NCBI GenBank assembly: GCA_040285745.1
Contig: JAUFOR010000002.1
Span: forward strand, 1,240,001-1,304,000
Length of the DNA: 64,000 nt
Reading direction: 5' to 3'
From: Barthelona sp. PCE
Lineage: Eukaryota
Made by a program: the position numbers and the translations under genes. Of the stretch, positions 11,112-20,989 are shown in pieces; the stretch's first letter is position 1, and every line of letters begins with the position of its first letter. The notes under the pieces are model-generated. The model did no database searches and was not told where the DNA came from. It saw only the letters and a list, made by a program, of their open reading frames with translations.

Positions 11112-11416
11112 TTATGTGTATGTGAAAGGTGTTGGAAAAACAAAACAAGCTTCTTAACATATTATTTGGATTGATGAATCACTATATGTCAGATAAATAG
11201 AGTGTCAAATCACAACACCAGGATAAAACCAACCGAAAGTAAAATAATCAATTTTCTCAGCATGAAACATGTTTTCATGGATGGTTAACCTGTAATTGTG
11301 GACCTCTGATATGTATTGCAACACATAACATTCATATCAAAGTGTGAAGAGCTGGTTTTCTATTCTTAACCACATTTGCAATTTTGCAAAGGGCTAATTG
11401 TTCTACTTTGTATACA

Positions 11417-13126
11417 ATGGTACCTCCTTTAAAGTACAAATCTGCTGATGCACATTTAAAGGCAATTGAAGAGTTTCAAACCACAACAAAATTTCCATCC
11501 CAAGCATTCACTGCTAAAACAAAAAAGGCACGAAGGAAAGCAAAGAAGCTGTCCGAAAAGCAACAGTACTTGTTGGATATGAGAGGGTTATTTAAGGAAC
11601 AACGCGAACTAGAACGCTCTATTGAAAAAGATCTCCGCCATTACAGTGATGAGAATGATACCGACGCAGTTAACGCGTTTGTCGATGAGGTTCTAGCGCT
11701 GCAGACCAGCAGTGAGCATTATAAATATCAGTTGAAACAAGAGCTACATTCAACGCAGGTGTATTGTTTGCGTTTAATCAATGAAACAGAGGCATTGGGA
11801 GAACGGGGTGACTTAAACGGCACATGGGAGGCTGTTAATTCAATAACAACTTCTTTTAAACAGCGAAATGATGCATCAAAAGAACATTTGGAGTATCTGT
11901 TTCTAGAGCTAGAGCAAGAAAGTAAGACGAATAACGTTCTTGCGCTTCCAAAAATGCCGATCTCAAGCACTTTTTTTGATACTTACAAGTTCGAACAAGG
12001 GTATTTCCAGCAGTTCCCGACCGAACTGCAAAGAACTTTATTTTCTCTTTTGGAAGACGTTTTATCTGGTTGCATTGAGGCACATGTTGCTGCTAGAGCG
12101 AAGATAGATGATTTGTTTGCTCCAATCGATCCATTGGAAAACTACCCTGATGTTGCTCTATTAATTCGAGCAGAACTTGAAAAACCAACACCCAATATCA
12201 TATCTGAACTGATTCCTTACGCACTACAGACTGCGGGTGTGCCAAAGGATGAATGGCCAATCATTGGGGCACTATCACTCGAATATATCGAGCATTACCG
12301 TGGAGTACAAGCTTACAATAATTCTGTAGTTGATATACAAACAAAGTTGAGGAGAACTTTTGATGCGGTTGTTAAAAACCTGTCTCGTCAGTCTGAAAAA
12401 ACAGTTTCAATGTACTTTCAAAGAAAACAGCGTCAAGAAGAATATGAGTTGCGAAGAAACGAAATTGAATCGGCGAGGCAGACAATGGTTGAGCATAATC
12501 AACATCAGGAACTCATCATGAATGCAGTGGAGGATGAACTTAGTGAGATGGACGAGTATTTTATTGAAAGGAAAGAAATCAATCAATATCTAAAGGACAG
12601 TATTGGACATATTAGGAGTTGTTTGTTAATGTTACATAACCATAGAGATGAACAACGTGCATTGTTCGAGTCTCTATCTGAACACCTTGAGGAGTTAGAA
12701 GAAAACCAGAGAAAGAAGGAACTCTATCATAAAAACATTGCAGTAGTTAAGAAGCGACGCGAAAAAGATGAGGCTAAGAATAAGATTCTTGCTGAAGACG
12801 ATGAGAAACGCCAAAAACAATTAGCTGAAAAACAAGCAAGACTCGAGGCATTTTTCAAACGTGTTCGACCAAAAGTAGAACGTAGCTTTGAAAGAGCTGT
12901 CAAAGGAACCGTTAGCTCAACTGCAATCCCAGAAAAACATATGCGTTTATTTGTTAATGATAGCTATGAAGACAAACAAATTTGGGCTGATGAACGTACG
13001 AAATTATACTATGCTTTCCGTGAAGCTGGATTACTACATTCTGAATATGCTGTCCAGGCAATCAAAAATGCACCTGTTAAGGTAAATTTAGCTCATCTGA
13101 AACCATCTACTGACCTTCCTTACTAA
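11417..13126 (+). CDS. CCDC148-like coiled-coil protein
   Basis: Long coiled coil; C-terminal SYEDKQIWADERTKLYYAFREAGLLHSEYA resembles the CCDC148 end; first ATG at 11417. Confidence 0.65.
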   Translation: MVPPLKYKSADAHLKAIEEFQTTTKFPSQAFTAKTKKARRKAKKLSEKQQYLLDMRGLFKEQRELERSIEKDLRHYSDENDTDAVNAFVDEVLALQTSSEHYKYQLKQELHSTQVYCLRLINETEALGERGDLNGTWEAVNSITTSFKQRNDASKEHLEYLFLELEQESKTNNVLALPKMPISSTFFDTYKFEQGYFQQFPTELQRTLFSLLEDVLSGCIEAHVAARAKIDDLFAPIDPLENYPDVALLIRAELEKPTPNIISELIPYALQTAGVPKDEWPIIGALSLEYIEHYRGVQAYNNSVVDIQTKLRRTFDAVVKNLSRQSEKTVSMYFQRKQRQEEYELRRNEIESARQTMVEHNQHQELIMNAVEDELSEMDEYFIERKEINQYLKDSIGHIRSCLLMLHNHRDEQRALFESLSEHLEELEENQRKKELYHKNIAVVKKRREKDEAKNKILAEDDEKRQKQLAEKQARLEAFFKRVRPKVERSFERAVKGTVSSTAIPEKHMRLFVNDSYEDKQIWADERTKLYYAFREAGLLHSEYAVQAIKNAPVKVNLAHLKPSTDLPY

Positions 13127-15181
13127 TTAAATGATAGGTGCATTACCACCACTACTGAATGACAAGCGAGAAGGTGTTGAAGGCAAAGGTGATTTATGTG
13201 ATGGGCTGGGCTGAGTCAATGGACGCTCTAATGTTGCATTTATCTCTCGTAAACGCATGGCAAATACAGCTTTCTGTCGTGGACTCATACCTGGTGTAGT
13301 ATTTTTAGGGCTGAGCTTACGTCTAAACGCAGGGCTTGTATTTGGCCTTGTGTTCACCCTCGGTGATGATACAGTACTGGGGCGAGGCGAACGAGGCAAG
13401 GGTTTCTTCTCTCGTGGCGATAATAAATCCACTGCTTTCTTTAACTTATGTTGATTGTGTTGCACTGATGTGATATCATCAAACAGCAACTGCGTTTCTT
13501 GTAAACGTGATTTCGTCTCTGCATCTATTCTCTTCTCTAATGAAAAAACCCGTGCCTCACTGACTGGCTTCCAACTCTTCTCCAGCTTGGTGAGATTACC
13601 CTTCATCTCGTCCAGATCGTTCCTTAATGAGTTTGCATGAGCGTATATCTCTCTTGTAGTATCTTTCATACCCGAAATGAGGCGATCCTCCAGTGTATCG
13701 GCTTTATCCAATAAATCAGTTGATTCATGAGTTAGGTGGGTAAGCTCTCGCTCCGAAGCACTTAGTTTAACCTGTACTGTTGACATCTGATGCTCTAAAC
13801 GTGACATTTGTGCTTCAAGTCTGGAATTAGCACTGGACAACTGTGCAGTTTGAGAGAAATAACTCTCACTTTGACTTGATAGCTCTTTAAATCCGTTTTG
13901 AAGACGATAAACACGTTTTCTTTCCAAACTGAGTTGAGTGGAAATATCATTAACTTGTGTTGAAAAATCTTTCCTAAACTCTTCAAATCGACTCCGCACC
14001 ATATCCATTCCCTCCTTCGCACCTTTTGTGTTTTCTTTGAGGGTTGTTTCAACTAAAGTTCGGTTCGATTTTAGGGATTTCTTCAGTTCTTCCGATAGTG
14101 TCTCAAGACGATTCGATAAGAACATATTTGTGGAGCTGGATGACTGGGAGAAGCTTGTGTGTTTAGTATTTAATCCATCAAGTTCGCTATCGAGTTTGGT
14201 CACAGCTTTTCGAAGTGATGGGATATCAAGGTGATCAATGTGGTCCATCACTCTACTTTCCATGCTCTCAAGCTCAGAAATAATTGCTCTGGAGTCATTG
14301 TTTAGTCGATCTTCAATGTTTCGTATCTTCTTTGTGAGGGAAGCACTAGTCGTGCCCAACAGTTCATTAAAACCACGGTTAAATGAATCTAGCTTGCCTT
14401 GGGTTTCTTTCGAAAAAGATTCCAGCACCTTAGTACGTTTAACCAAAGCAGGCAACTCCTCGTTCAAAGTCTGACAGTGTTGCGCTGATTCTGTTGCCAT
14501 CCCCTCGATGTTAACAAGTTCTTCCTCATGCTTACTAATTCGATCATTGTGTTTTGCCAGTTCTTGATTCATGCGAGTATGTTCCGCCTGACATTCTGTG
14601 ACAAGCTCCTCTACACGGTCCACCATTGCTTCCAACTTACGTATGTTATCACTCTGAACAATATCACCCTCAAAAGCGGTTGGAAGACGACCTACCGCAA
14701 GTACATGATGAGATGGTACAATGCTGGTGATATGATCACTGCCACCAAGCTCAGAAAAGCGGTTGATAAGCATATTTTCGGTTCCAAATATGTCATCGAT
14801 CTCTGTGGGTGAGAATAACTCCTCACTATCAACTATGCCTGAATTCTTTTGGAAGCCATCATCGACGTTTCCATCAAATAAAAATGTGTTAATGACAGAT
14901 ATCTTAGACGACATGTTGTTTTCAAACAACAAAAAACGATGCGATAGCTTTTCGAGTACATCACAACAGTAGCTACTTACTCTTCCAATTTGCTGGGCTA
15001 ACGTTGATATTGTCGGGTTGACCGCATTCTGTGCCACGTCCCAAGACTGTAGCATTTGAATAACCCCATTCACGCGTGTTACTAGCAATTGAAAAAGCTT
15101 TGTAACGTTTGCAGGAATCATTTTCCATTCGGAAGAGAAGTCAGGATCGATTGAAACTAAATCTCTGATGGTAGTTGGCAT
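13127..15181 (-). CDS. Hypothetical coiled-coil protein with Ser/Pro-rich tail
   Basis: 684-aa ORF with a heptad-rich middle and an SPR-repeat basic tail. Confidence 0.75.
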   Translation of the reverse strand: MPTTIRDLVSIDPDFSSEWKMIPANVTKLFQLLVTRVNGVIQMLQSWDVAQNAVNPTISTLAQQIGRVSSYCCDVLEKLSHRFLLFENNMSSKISVINTFLFDGNVDDGFQKNSGIVDSEELFSPTEIDDIFGTENMLINRFSELGGSDHITSIVPSHHVLAVGRLPTAFEGDIVQSDNIRKLEAMVDRVEELVTECQAEHTRMNQELAKHNDRISKHEEELVNIEGMATESAQHCQTLNEELPALVKRTKVLESFSKETQGKLDSFNRGFNELLGTTSASLTKKIRNIEDRLNNDSRAIISELESMESRVMDHIDHLDIPSLRKAVTKLDSELDGLNTKHTSFSQSSSSTNMFLSNRLETLSEELKKSLKSNRTLVETTLKENTKGAKEGMDMVRSRFEEFRKDFSTQVNDISTQLSLERKRVYRLQNGFKELSSQSESYFSQTAQLSSANSRLEAQMSRLEHQMSTVQVKLSASERELTHLTHESTDLLDKADTLEDRLISGMKDTTREIYAHANSLRNDLDEMKGNLTKLEKSWKPVSEARVFSLEKRIDAETKSRLQETQLLFDDITSVQHNQHKLKKAVDLLSPREKKPLPRSPRPSTVSSPRVNTRPNTSPAFRRKLSPKNTTPGMSPRQKAVFAMRLREINATLERPLTQPSPSHKSPLPSTPSRLSFSSGGNAPII

Positions 15182-15357
15182 TATTAAAAGATATTCATTG
15201 TGAGAAAAGGAATATAATAATCGTTACACCATAATATGCAAAATTATGCTGGTTAGAATGCTTATAAACAGCGTGAATGGACCATGCAACAGGTAAAATA
15301 GTCTTAAAAGTACACATTCAAAAATGTTTTGGAATCAAACAACTATTTACTAATCTA

Positions 15358-17620
15358 CTAGAACAATCCCTTTCTTCTTTTCTTCCTTCCCTTTGGCTTT
15401 GAAACATCAGCACTTGGAGCACGAAGTGCCTTTGTGGGTTTAGGAGGCTGTACAACATTAGGACGAGGTTGTACAGGTTTTGTGGGTACAGGAATCGGAT
15501 CATTGTCCTCATCATCACTGAACCTTATGGATGAACGTTTTGGTCTAACAGCAACTGGTTTTTTAGGAACAGGAACTTTTGCTTCAATCTTATTTCGAAC
15601 ACTCTTCAACTTTGGAAGTGTTCCCAGGCCAGGCAATGCAGTTGCACCGGAAAGCTTGACACCACTCTTTGTCGTAACTGTATTCTTTGGCTCAGACTTA
15701 GGCACATGTTCAGGTTCAGACTCGGACTCGCTACTGCTGTCGAGATCAAAAGATATTTTTGACTTTGCTTCAACAACAGCAGTTCTAAGAGGTGTTGCTG
15801 TCGGTTCTTTTGCTGTATTCATCTGTCTGTTCATTGAAATAGACGGCTTCGCAGTGGGAATGATGTCTTCGCCTTCACTTTCACTCTCTGACTCACTGAC
15901 AACAAAAGTCCTTTTTGGTGCAACTACTGGCTTAACTTCAGCTAAAGGATCAACTTTAACAACCTTCTTCACAGGTTCAGGTTCAGGTTCTGATTCAAAA
16001 TCACTTTCTTCACTATCGGTGTCAACAAACATTAAATGGGTTTTAGATGGTTTCTTATCAACTTCCTTGACAGTCTTCACCTCCAATTTTTCTTCTTCTT
16101 CTTCCTCACTTGAAGTATCACTAAAGGTGAGAGAAGGTTTCTGAGGTTTTTTAGGCTCCACCTTCTTCTCCACTTGAGGTGCAACAGCAACTTCTTCCTC
16201 CTCAGAGGATGTAAAGTCACTATCCTCTAACATAATTGTTTCTTTCTCGGCAATCTTCTTGGGTTCTATGACTGCAGCAGGTGGGGGAACAACATTTGCA
16301 GGCTCTTCTTCTTCGCTCTCTTCATCAGTAAAGTTCAAATTAACCTTTGGTTTTTCAACTTTTTCTGGCTTTTTAGGTGAAGGTTTCTTAATATCAAAAT
16401 CAAAATCTTCTTCTTCTTCACTGTCAGTGTCTGAGAAGTTCAATAGATACGCTTTCTTCTTTGGTTTCTTCTTTTCAACAACCTTTGTTGGTGTTGCAAT
16501 CGACAAACCTTCCTGTAGGAACGACTGTTTACCCATTGATAGTTCTTCATGCTGCTCAGGGCTATTGATCACGTCATGTTGCATGATTTCAATTTCTTCT
16601 TCTTCCTCTTCATCAGATGAAAATGATAATAAAAACTTCTTCTTATCCTCTTTCACCGGTTTAGGTTCTTGAACATGCTTGGATTCGGGTTCTGTAATCG
16701 GTTCAACAGGCTGCTCAACAACGGGCTTAGGTTCCTCTTTTACCTCTGCTTCTACCTCTTCTTCACCCTCAGAATCCCAAAAATCTGAATCTTTATCTTC
16801 ATCACTGAACTCAGCAAGAATCGACTCCCGTGTGGGTTTCTTCGCTTCCTCAACTGGAACTTCAACTGTTTTGGTGGTAGTCTCTTGACTTTCAACATCT
16901 TCGGAATCTTCAACAACTTCAGGTTCCTCAACTTCCATAGTTAGACCAACGTCCGGATCAGACACCCACTCTCTAGTGCCCAATAAGTGCGCAAGATCAC
17001 CGATCTGTTCTCTATAATCAACAAAATATGAACGGTGAGACTTGGGCTCCTCTTCCGATTCTTTCTCAAGATCTTGTTTAGGATCAATGCCAAAGATATT
17101 GAATGCGTTCGAAAGAGCTGTCCTATAACGTGGGAGAACAATATTTTGCTTCTCCTGACGTGAAAGCTCCTTGCTTTGTACTTCCTCCTCATTTTCACTG
17201 TTCTCATCAAGTTCTTCCAACTGGTAAACACGGGATTCGATGAACTGATGATGTGTAAGTAAACGGAATTCATTGAGTGTGTTGCGAAAGTTGATGGTGG
17301 TTACCGCAGTTTCGTGATTTAGTTTATCAACATCTTTTTTAACGGTAGATACTTCGTTTAAAAGCTCCTCAGACATCTTAGTAATGACTTCAAGCACCTA
17401 AATGTGAGATACAATTACTCATTGCAAAAATTGAAATTCATACGCCCAGATCACCAGCAAGTGTCCAATTATCGATTTCTTTTCGGACAGTAGGAATATC
17501 CCAATCCCTCTTATCGGCAGGAAGGATTTCCTCAGCTTCCATCACTATTTCTTCTGTAGGTAAGGGAATCTCAACGGATGTCTCCTCCACGTCCACTTCT
17601 GCAGGTGGTGGAACGGACAT
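15358..17620 (-). CDS. WASH complex subunit 2 (FAM21)-like; two exons (17620-17444 and 17397-15358)
   Basis: Exon 1 ends WTLAGDLG; exon 2 has INFRNTLNEFRLLTHHQFIESRVY, matching the FAM21 N-terminal domain, followed by a long acidic tail with repeated hydrophobic-x-F-(S/T)-D/E motifs. Splicing joins the exons in frame. Confidence 0.8.
17398..17443 (-). other. 46-nt spliceosomal intron (GTATGA...TTTAG), phase 0
   Basis: Canonical GT-AG ends; removal fuses the 59-codon exon to the 679-aa ORF, which otherwise starts at GTG. Confidence 0.85.
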
Positions 17621-17921
17621 ATTGTGTGTATATGCTTGAAAAGGGGTGAAAAATTATAACAAGTCAGGTCAGTATCACACTAGTTTTTAACACTTAAAGT
17701 GAATCTATATATGCCAATTGTCCTAGTATTACAAGAGATGCTAGTTTGAAAAGTAAATACAATTGGAAAAAAAGAACAGGGTTGCATATACCACAAGTTA
17801 CATAACTAATCCCTACTTTACAGAGCTAACTCGCAGGATGGGTCGGATGGGCGATACTTAATCAGTGATTATCTTGTTATACGCTTTTTTTACTCATTCA
17901 AGATATTGGGTTGTTATTCAA

Positions 17922-19085
17922 ATGAACAGACAAGAGACCATTGAACGACTGAAGCGCTGCGCAAAAGAACACATGGAGAATAGCGCTAAAGTGAAGGATC
18001 TACAGCAGAAACTTGCCGAAGCTCAAGAAGATCTAGATGTGACAGAAGAGACAATCAGCTGTCTACATATGGTAGGCCACAACATTGGAGAGATCCTTAG
18101 ACCTCTAGGAGAAAACGAGTACGCCATTACGACAAAAGCTGGTTCTAGATATCTTGTGCACGCCAGATCAACTATCCCCAAAGATAAACTTGTGACTGGT
18201 GCCCGGTGCGCCCTAGATATGGCTACAATGACGATTATGCGTGTACTCCCCAATGAAGTTGATCCAACAGTTCATGCAATGTCAGCAGAAAATCCAGGTG
18301 ATATCAAATTCAGTGACATTGGCGGCCTTGGTCCCCAGTTGCAAGAATTACGTGAAGTTGTAGAAATTCCCCTCACATCACCAGAGATCATTGAGAAAGT
18401 TGGTATTCATGCACCCAAGGGATGTCTTCTCTATGGTCCCCCGGGAACAGGAAAGACCCTAATGGCTCGTGCCATTGCAGCCAACACAAAAGCAACCTTC
18501 CTTAAGATCGTTGCATCGAGTATTGTTCAGAAATACATTGGTGAGTCAGCCAGAATCGTTCGTGACATGTTCCAGTACGCAAAGGATAATTCCCCATGCA
18601 TCATTTTCATTGACGAAGTTGATGCGATTGGTGCTAAACGTAGTGACCGAACTGATGGACCTGATCGTGACGTCCAAAGAACTTTGATGGAGCTTCTGTC
18701 TCAATTAGATGGCTTCGAACAGTTATCACAGGTCAAGGTTATCTGTGCCACCAACAGACCGGATATTCTGGATCCTGCTTTGCTTCGACCTGGTCGCCTT
18801 GATCGTAAGGTTGAGATTCCATTACCTAATGAGATTGGTAGAGAACAGATTCTTGAGATTCATTCAAAGAAGCTCAATATTGCTGAAGAAATCGACAGAG
18901 AGACACTAGTTAAGATGACAGATGGGTTCAATGGTGCTGATATTAGGAATTTATGTACAGAAGCTGCAATGCATGCAATTCGTAGTGAAAGGGATCATGT
19001 TTTGAACGTAGATTTTATGAAAGCTGTACGTACTGTTGAAGAAATGAAGAAGTTAGAGACAAAACTGGATTATTCAAAGGTTTAA
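17922..19085 (+). CDS. RPT4: 26S proteasome AAA-ATPase subunit RPT4
   Basis: GCLLYGPPGTGKT, CIIFIDEVDAIG, VQRTLMELLSQLDGF, RPGRLDRKVEIPLPNE, C-terminus KKLETKLDYSKV. Confidence 0.93.
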   Translation: MNRQETIERLKRCAKEHMENSAKVKDLQQKLAEAQEDLDVTEETISCLHMVGHNIGEILRPLGENEYAITTKAGSRYLVHARSTIPKDKLVTGARCALDMATMTIMRVLPNEVDPTVHAMSAENPGDIKFSDIGGLGPQLQELREVVEIPLTSPEIIEKVGIHAPKGCLLYGPPGTGKTLMARAIAANTKATFLKIVASSIVQKYIGESARIVRDMFQYAKDNSPCIIFIDEVDAIGAKRSDRTDGPDRDVQRTLMELLSQLDGFEQLSQVKVICATNRPDILDPALLRPGRLDRKVEIPLPNEIGREQILEIHSKKLNIAEEIDRETLVKMTDGFNGADIRNLCTEAAMHAIRSERDHVLNVDFMKAVRTVEEMKKLETKLDYSKV

Positions 19086-19143
19086 TTAATAAAATAAGAA
19101 TAATAGGCTAAAAATTTACTAAGGGGGAATTTTGTTATAAACA

Positions 19144-20694
19144 TTAAAATTCGAAAATTTGTCCAGTCCACTTGCTCAAACCAACGTGAAGACCAGTGGA
19201 TCGTAAATCATCAATGTTACGAGAATAAGTTGTACCTGAAATTAGTTCCTTGAATTCAACTGCAGCACCACCAGCATGATCTGGTTTGTAATCTAATTTG
19301 ATTGACTCCCACTGATTATCGTTACCGGAATAGTTGACAACAACCAAAACATTCTTCTTTGTTACCTTTGATGACCAAACCCATGCAACAACATTGTTAT
19401 TGGAGGTAGGAATCCAAGTCCAATACTCTGGATCTTGATTCAGTGTAGGGTGAGCATAAACATTTGCTAAACGCTGATAAAACCCGAATAAATCACTGTC
19501 AACAGGGTTCAGATGCCTTCTAAGAAATTGTACCTTCAGGCGTGTCTTCTGACCTGTCATCTGACCAGCCCAGAAAAATCTGGGACCAGGGAGTGTGAAA
19601 GCAATCATGCCTGCTGCTTTAGAAATTTGGAAATTATGATGGAATTCCTCCCAAATAGTTGGTTCATCATGGTTACCAAGGAACTTTACCATATGCACCA
19701 TCCATCTCTTCCTCCAGCCAACATAACTGCTTACGCTTCTGACATTGAGGGATTTCAAATCATCAAGCAGATTCTCTTTATCATAAAGCGCATCAAAACC
19801 AAGGTTTTGTAAAGGTCCTTCAGAATGCCAATATTGTTCACCAATAATATAAGTACCAAACTTAGCCTTCACCTGCTTGATAGCATAGGACCAGAACTCT
19901 TGCGTAGGACGAGAATAACCCCATGCATCAAGCTGAGGCTTCCAAGAATTCTCAAAGTTATCATTCATAACAACCATAGCCATATCAACACGAAGAGCAT
20001 CACACATGCTTGCAGCAGCCAACATGTTGTTGATGCTGTAGTGCATCGTCTTGGGTTCCCAATAATTAAGCTGAGCAACATCTCTCCAATGATCACCCTT
20101 ACCACTTGAGCCAAACGCTATACCGTTCTTATAGTAGACTTCGGGGTCACAGTCCCATCCCTCCGGACAACGAATGTAACACTCAGGGCATGCTTCAACG
20201 TTGGGGCTGTCGAGAGCAGTATGATTAGGAACGTAGTCGAGCATAAGACCAACACCATGACGTTTCAATTGCTGACGAAGAACAGCAAGGCCTTCGTTGC
20301 CACCAAACTCTTCAGCAACCACGAATTCGACAATGCTAAAAGGTGAACCAATAATATCAACTTTAGGATTACAGTTATCCATCAGCTTATGACAGTCTTC
20401 AAGGATATCTGGGTTATTGCGATCGAGGTTGGGACCAATCTCGCCCTTTTGCCAGACACCAAGTAGATAAAGCAGATCAAACTTGAAATCAACGATAAAG
20501 TTAATTTCAGCATCAGGAATGTTTGCAAAAGTGATCTTTGTACCATACTTCTGGGACAATGCGTACAACCAAGGGGCTGCAGATTGCTCAAATATGGCTG
20601 CATTTTGGTACTTATAAGAATTAGAAACTACTTCCATTTGGCCCAAAGTTATGCAAAAGATCAACAAGGTCACAAAAAGAATCCGTTTGAACAT
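19144..20694 (-). CDS. Secreted GH13 alpha-amylase-family glycosidase
   Basis: Signal peptide; GSPFSI, LMLDYVPNH, and catalytic motifs LRVDMAM, IGEQYW, FLGNHDE. Confidence 0.88.
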   Translation of the reverse strand: MFKRILFVTLLIFCITLGQMEVVSNSYKYQNAAIFEQSAAPWLYALSQKYGTKITFANIPDAEINFIVDFKFDLLYLLGVWQKGEIGPNLDRNNPDILEDCHKLMDNCNPKVDIIGSPFSIVEFVVAEEFGGNEGLAVLRQQLKRHGVGLMLDYVPNHTALDSPNVEACPECYIRCPEGWDCDPEVYYKNGIAFGSSGKGDHWRDVAQLNYWEPKTMHYSINNMLAAASMCDALRVDMAMVVMNDNFENSWKPQLDAWGYSRPTQEFWSYAIKQVKAKFGTYIIGEQYWHSEGPLQNLGFDALYDKENLLDDLKSLNVRSVSSYVGWRKRWMVHMVKFLGNHDEPTIWEEFHHNFQISKAAGMIAFTLPGPRFFWAGQMTGQKTRLKVQFLRRHLNPVDSDLFGFYQRLANVYAHPTLNQDPEYWTWIPTSNNNVVAWVWSSKVTKKNVLVVVNYSGNDNQWESIKLDYKPDHAGGAAVEFKELISGTTYSRNIDDLRSTGLHVGLSKWTGQIFEF

Positions 20695-20989
20695 TTTGAG
20701 CTTTCAAAGCAACAAAAATAAGGATAAAAATATTTACACGTCATATGATCCGTTTTCGATCGCTTCATCTGTTCTAAGCGTTAGGGCCATTCGAATGCCA
20801 TCAATTCACCTTACTAAAATAAGAAAAGCTCATGCTGTAATTAATTACCAAATTGTAAAGAAATATCGATTGTATTTTTAAAGCTATAATTACAAGATGA
20901 GGTTAAATTCTTTCCAAGACATATAGCACAACCATGGAAATGGTATATTAGGCGTTCAACAAAAGTCTTGGGGTAAAACGAAAAATGTT

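Noticed and set aside
20750-20810. TTCGA-containing segments as a possible tRNA
   Set aside because: No cloverleaf or acceptor stem could be built; no tRNA, rRNA or CRISPR array was recognised anywhere in the window.
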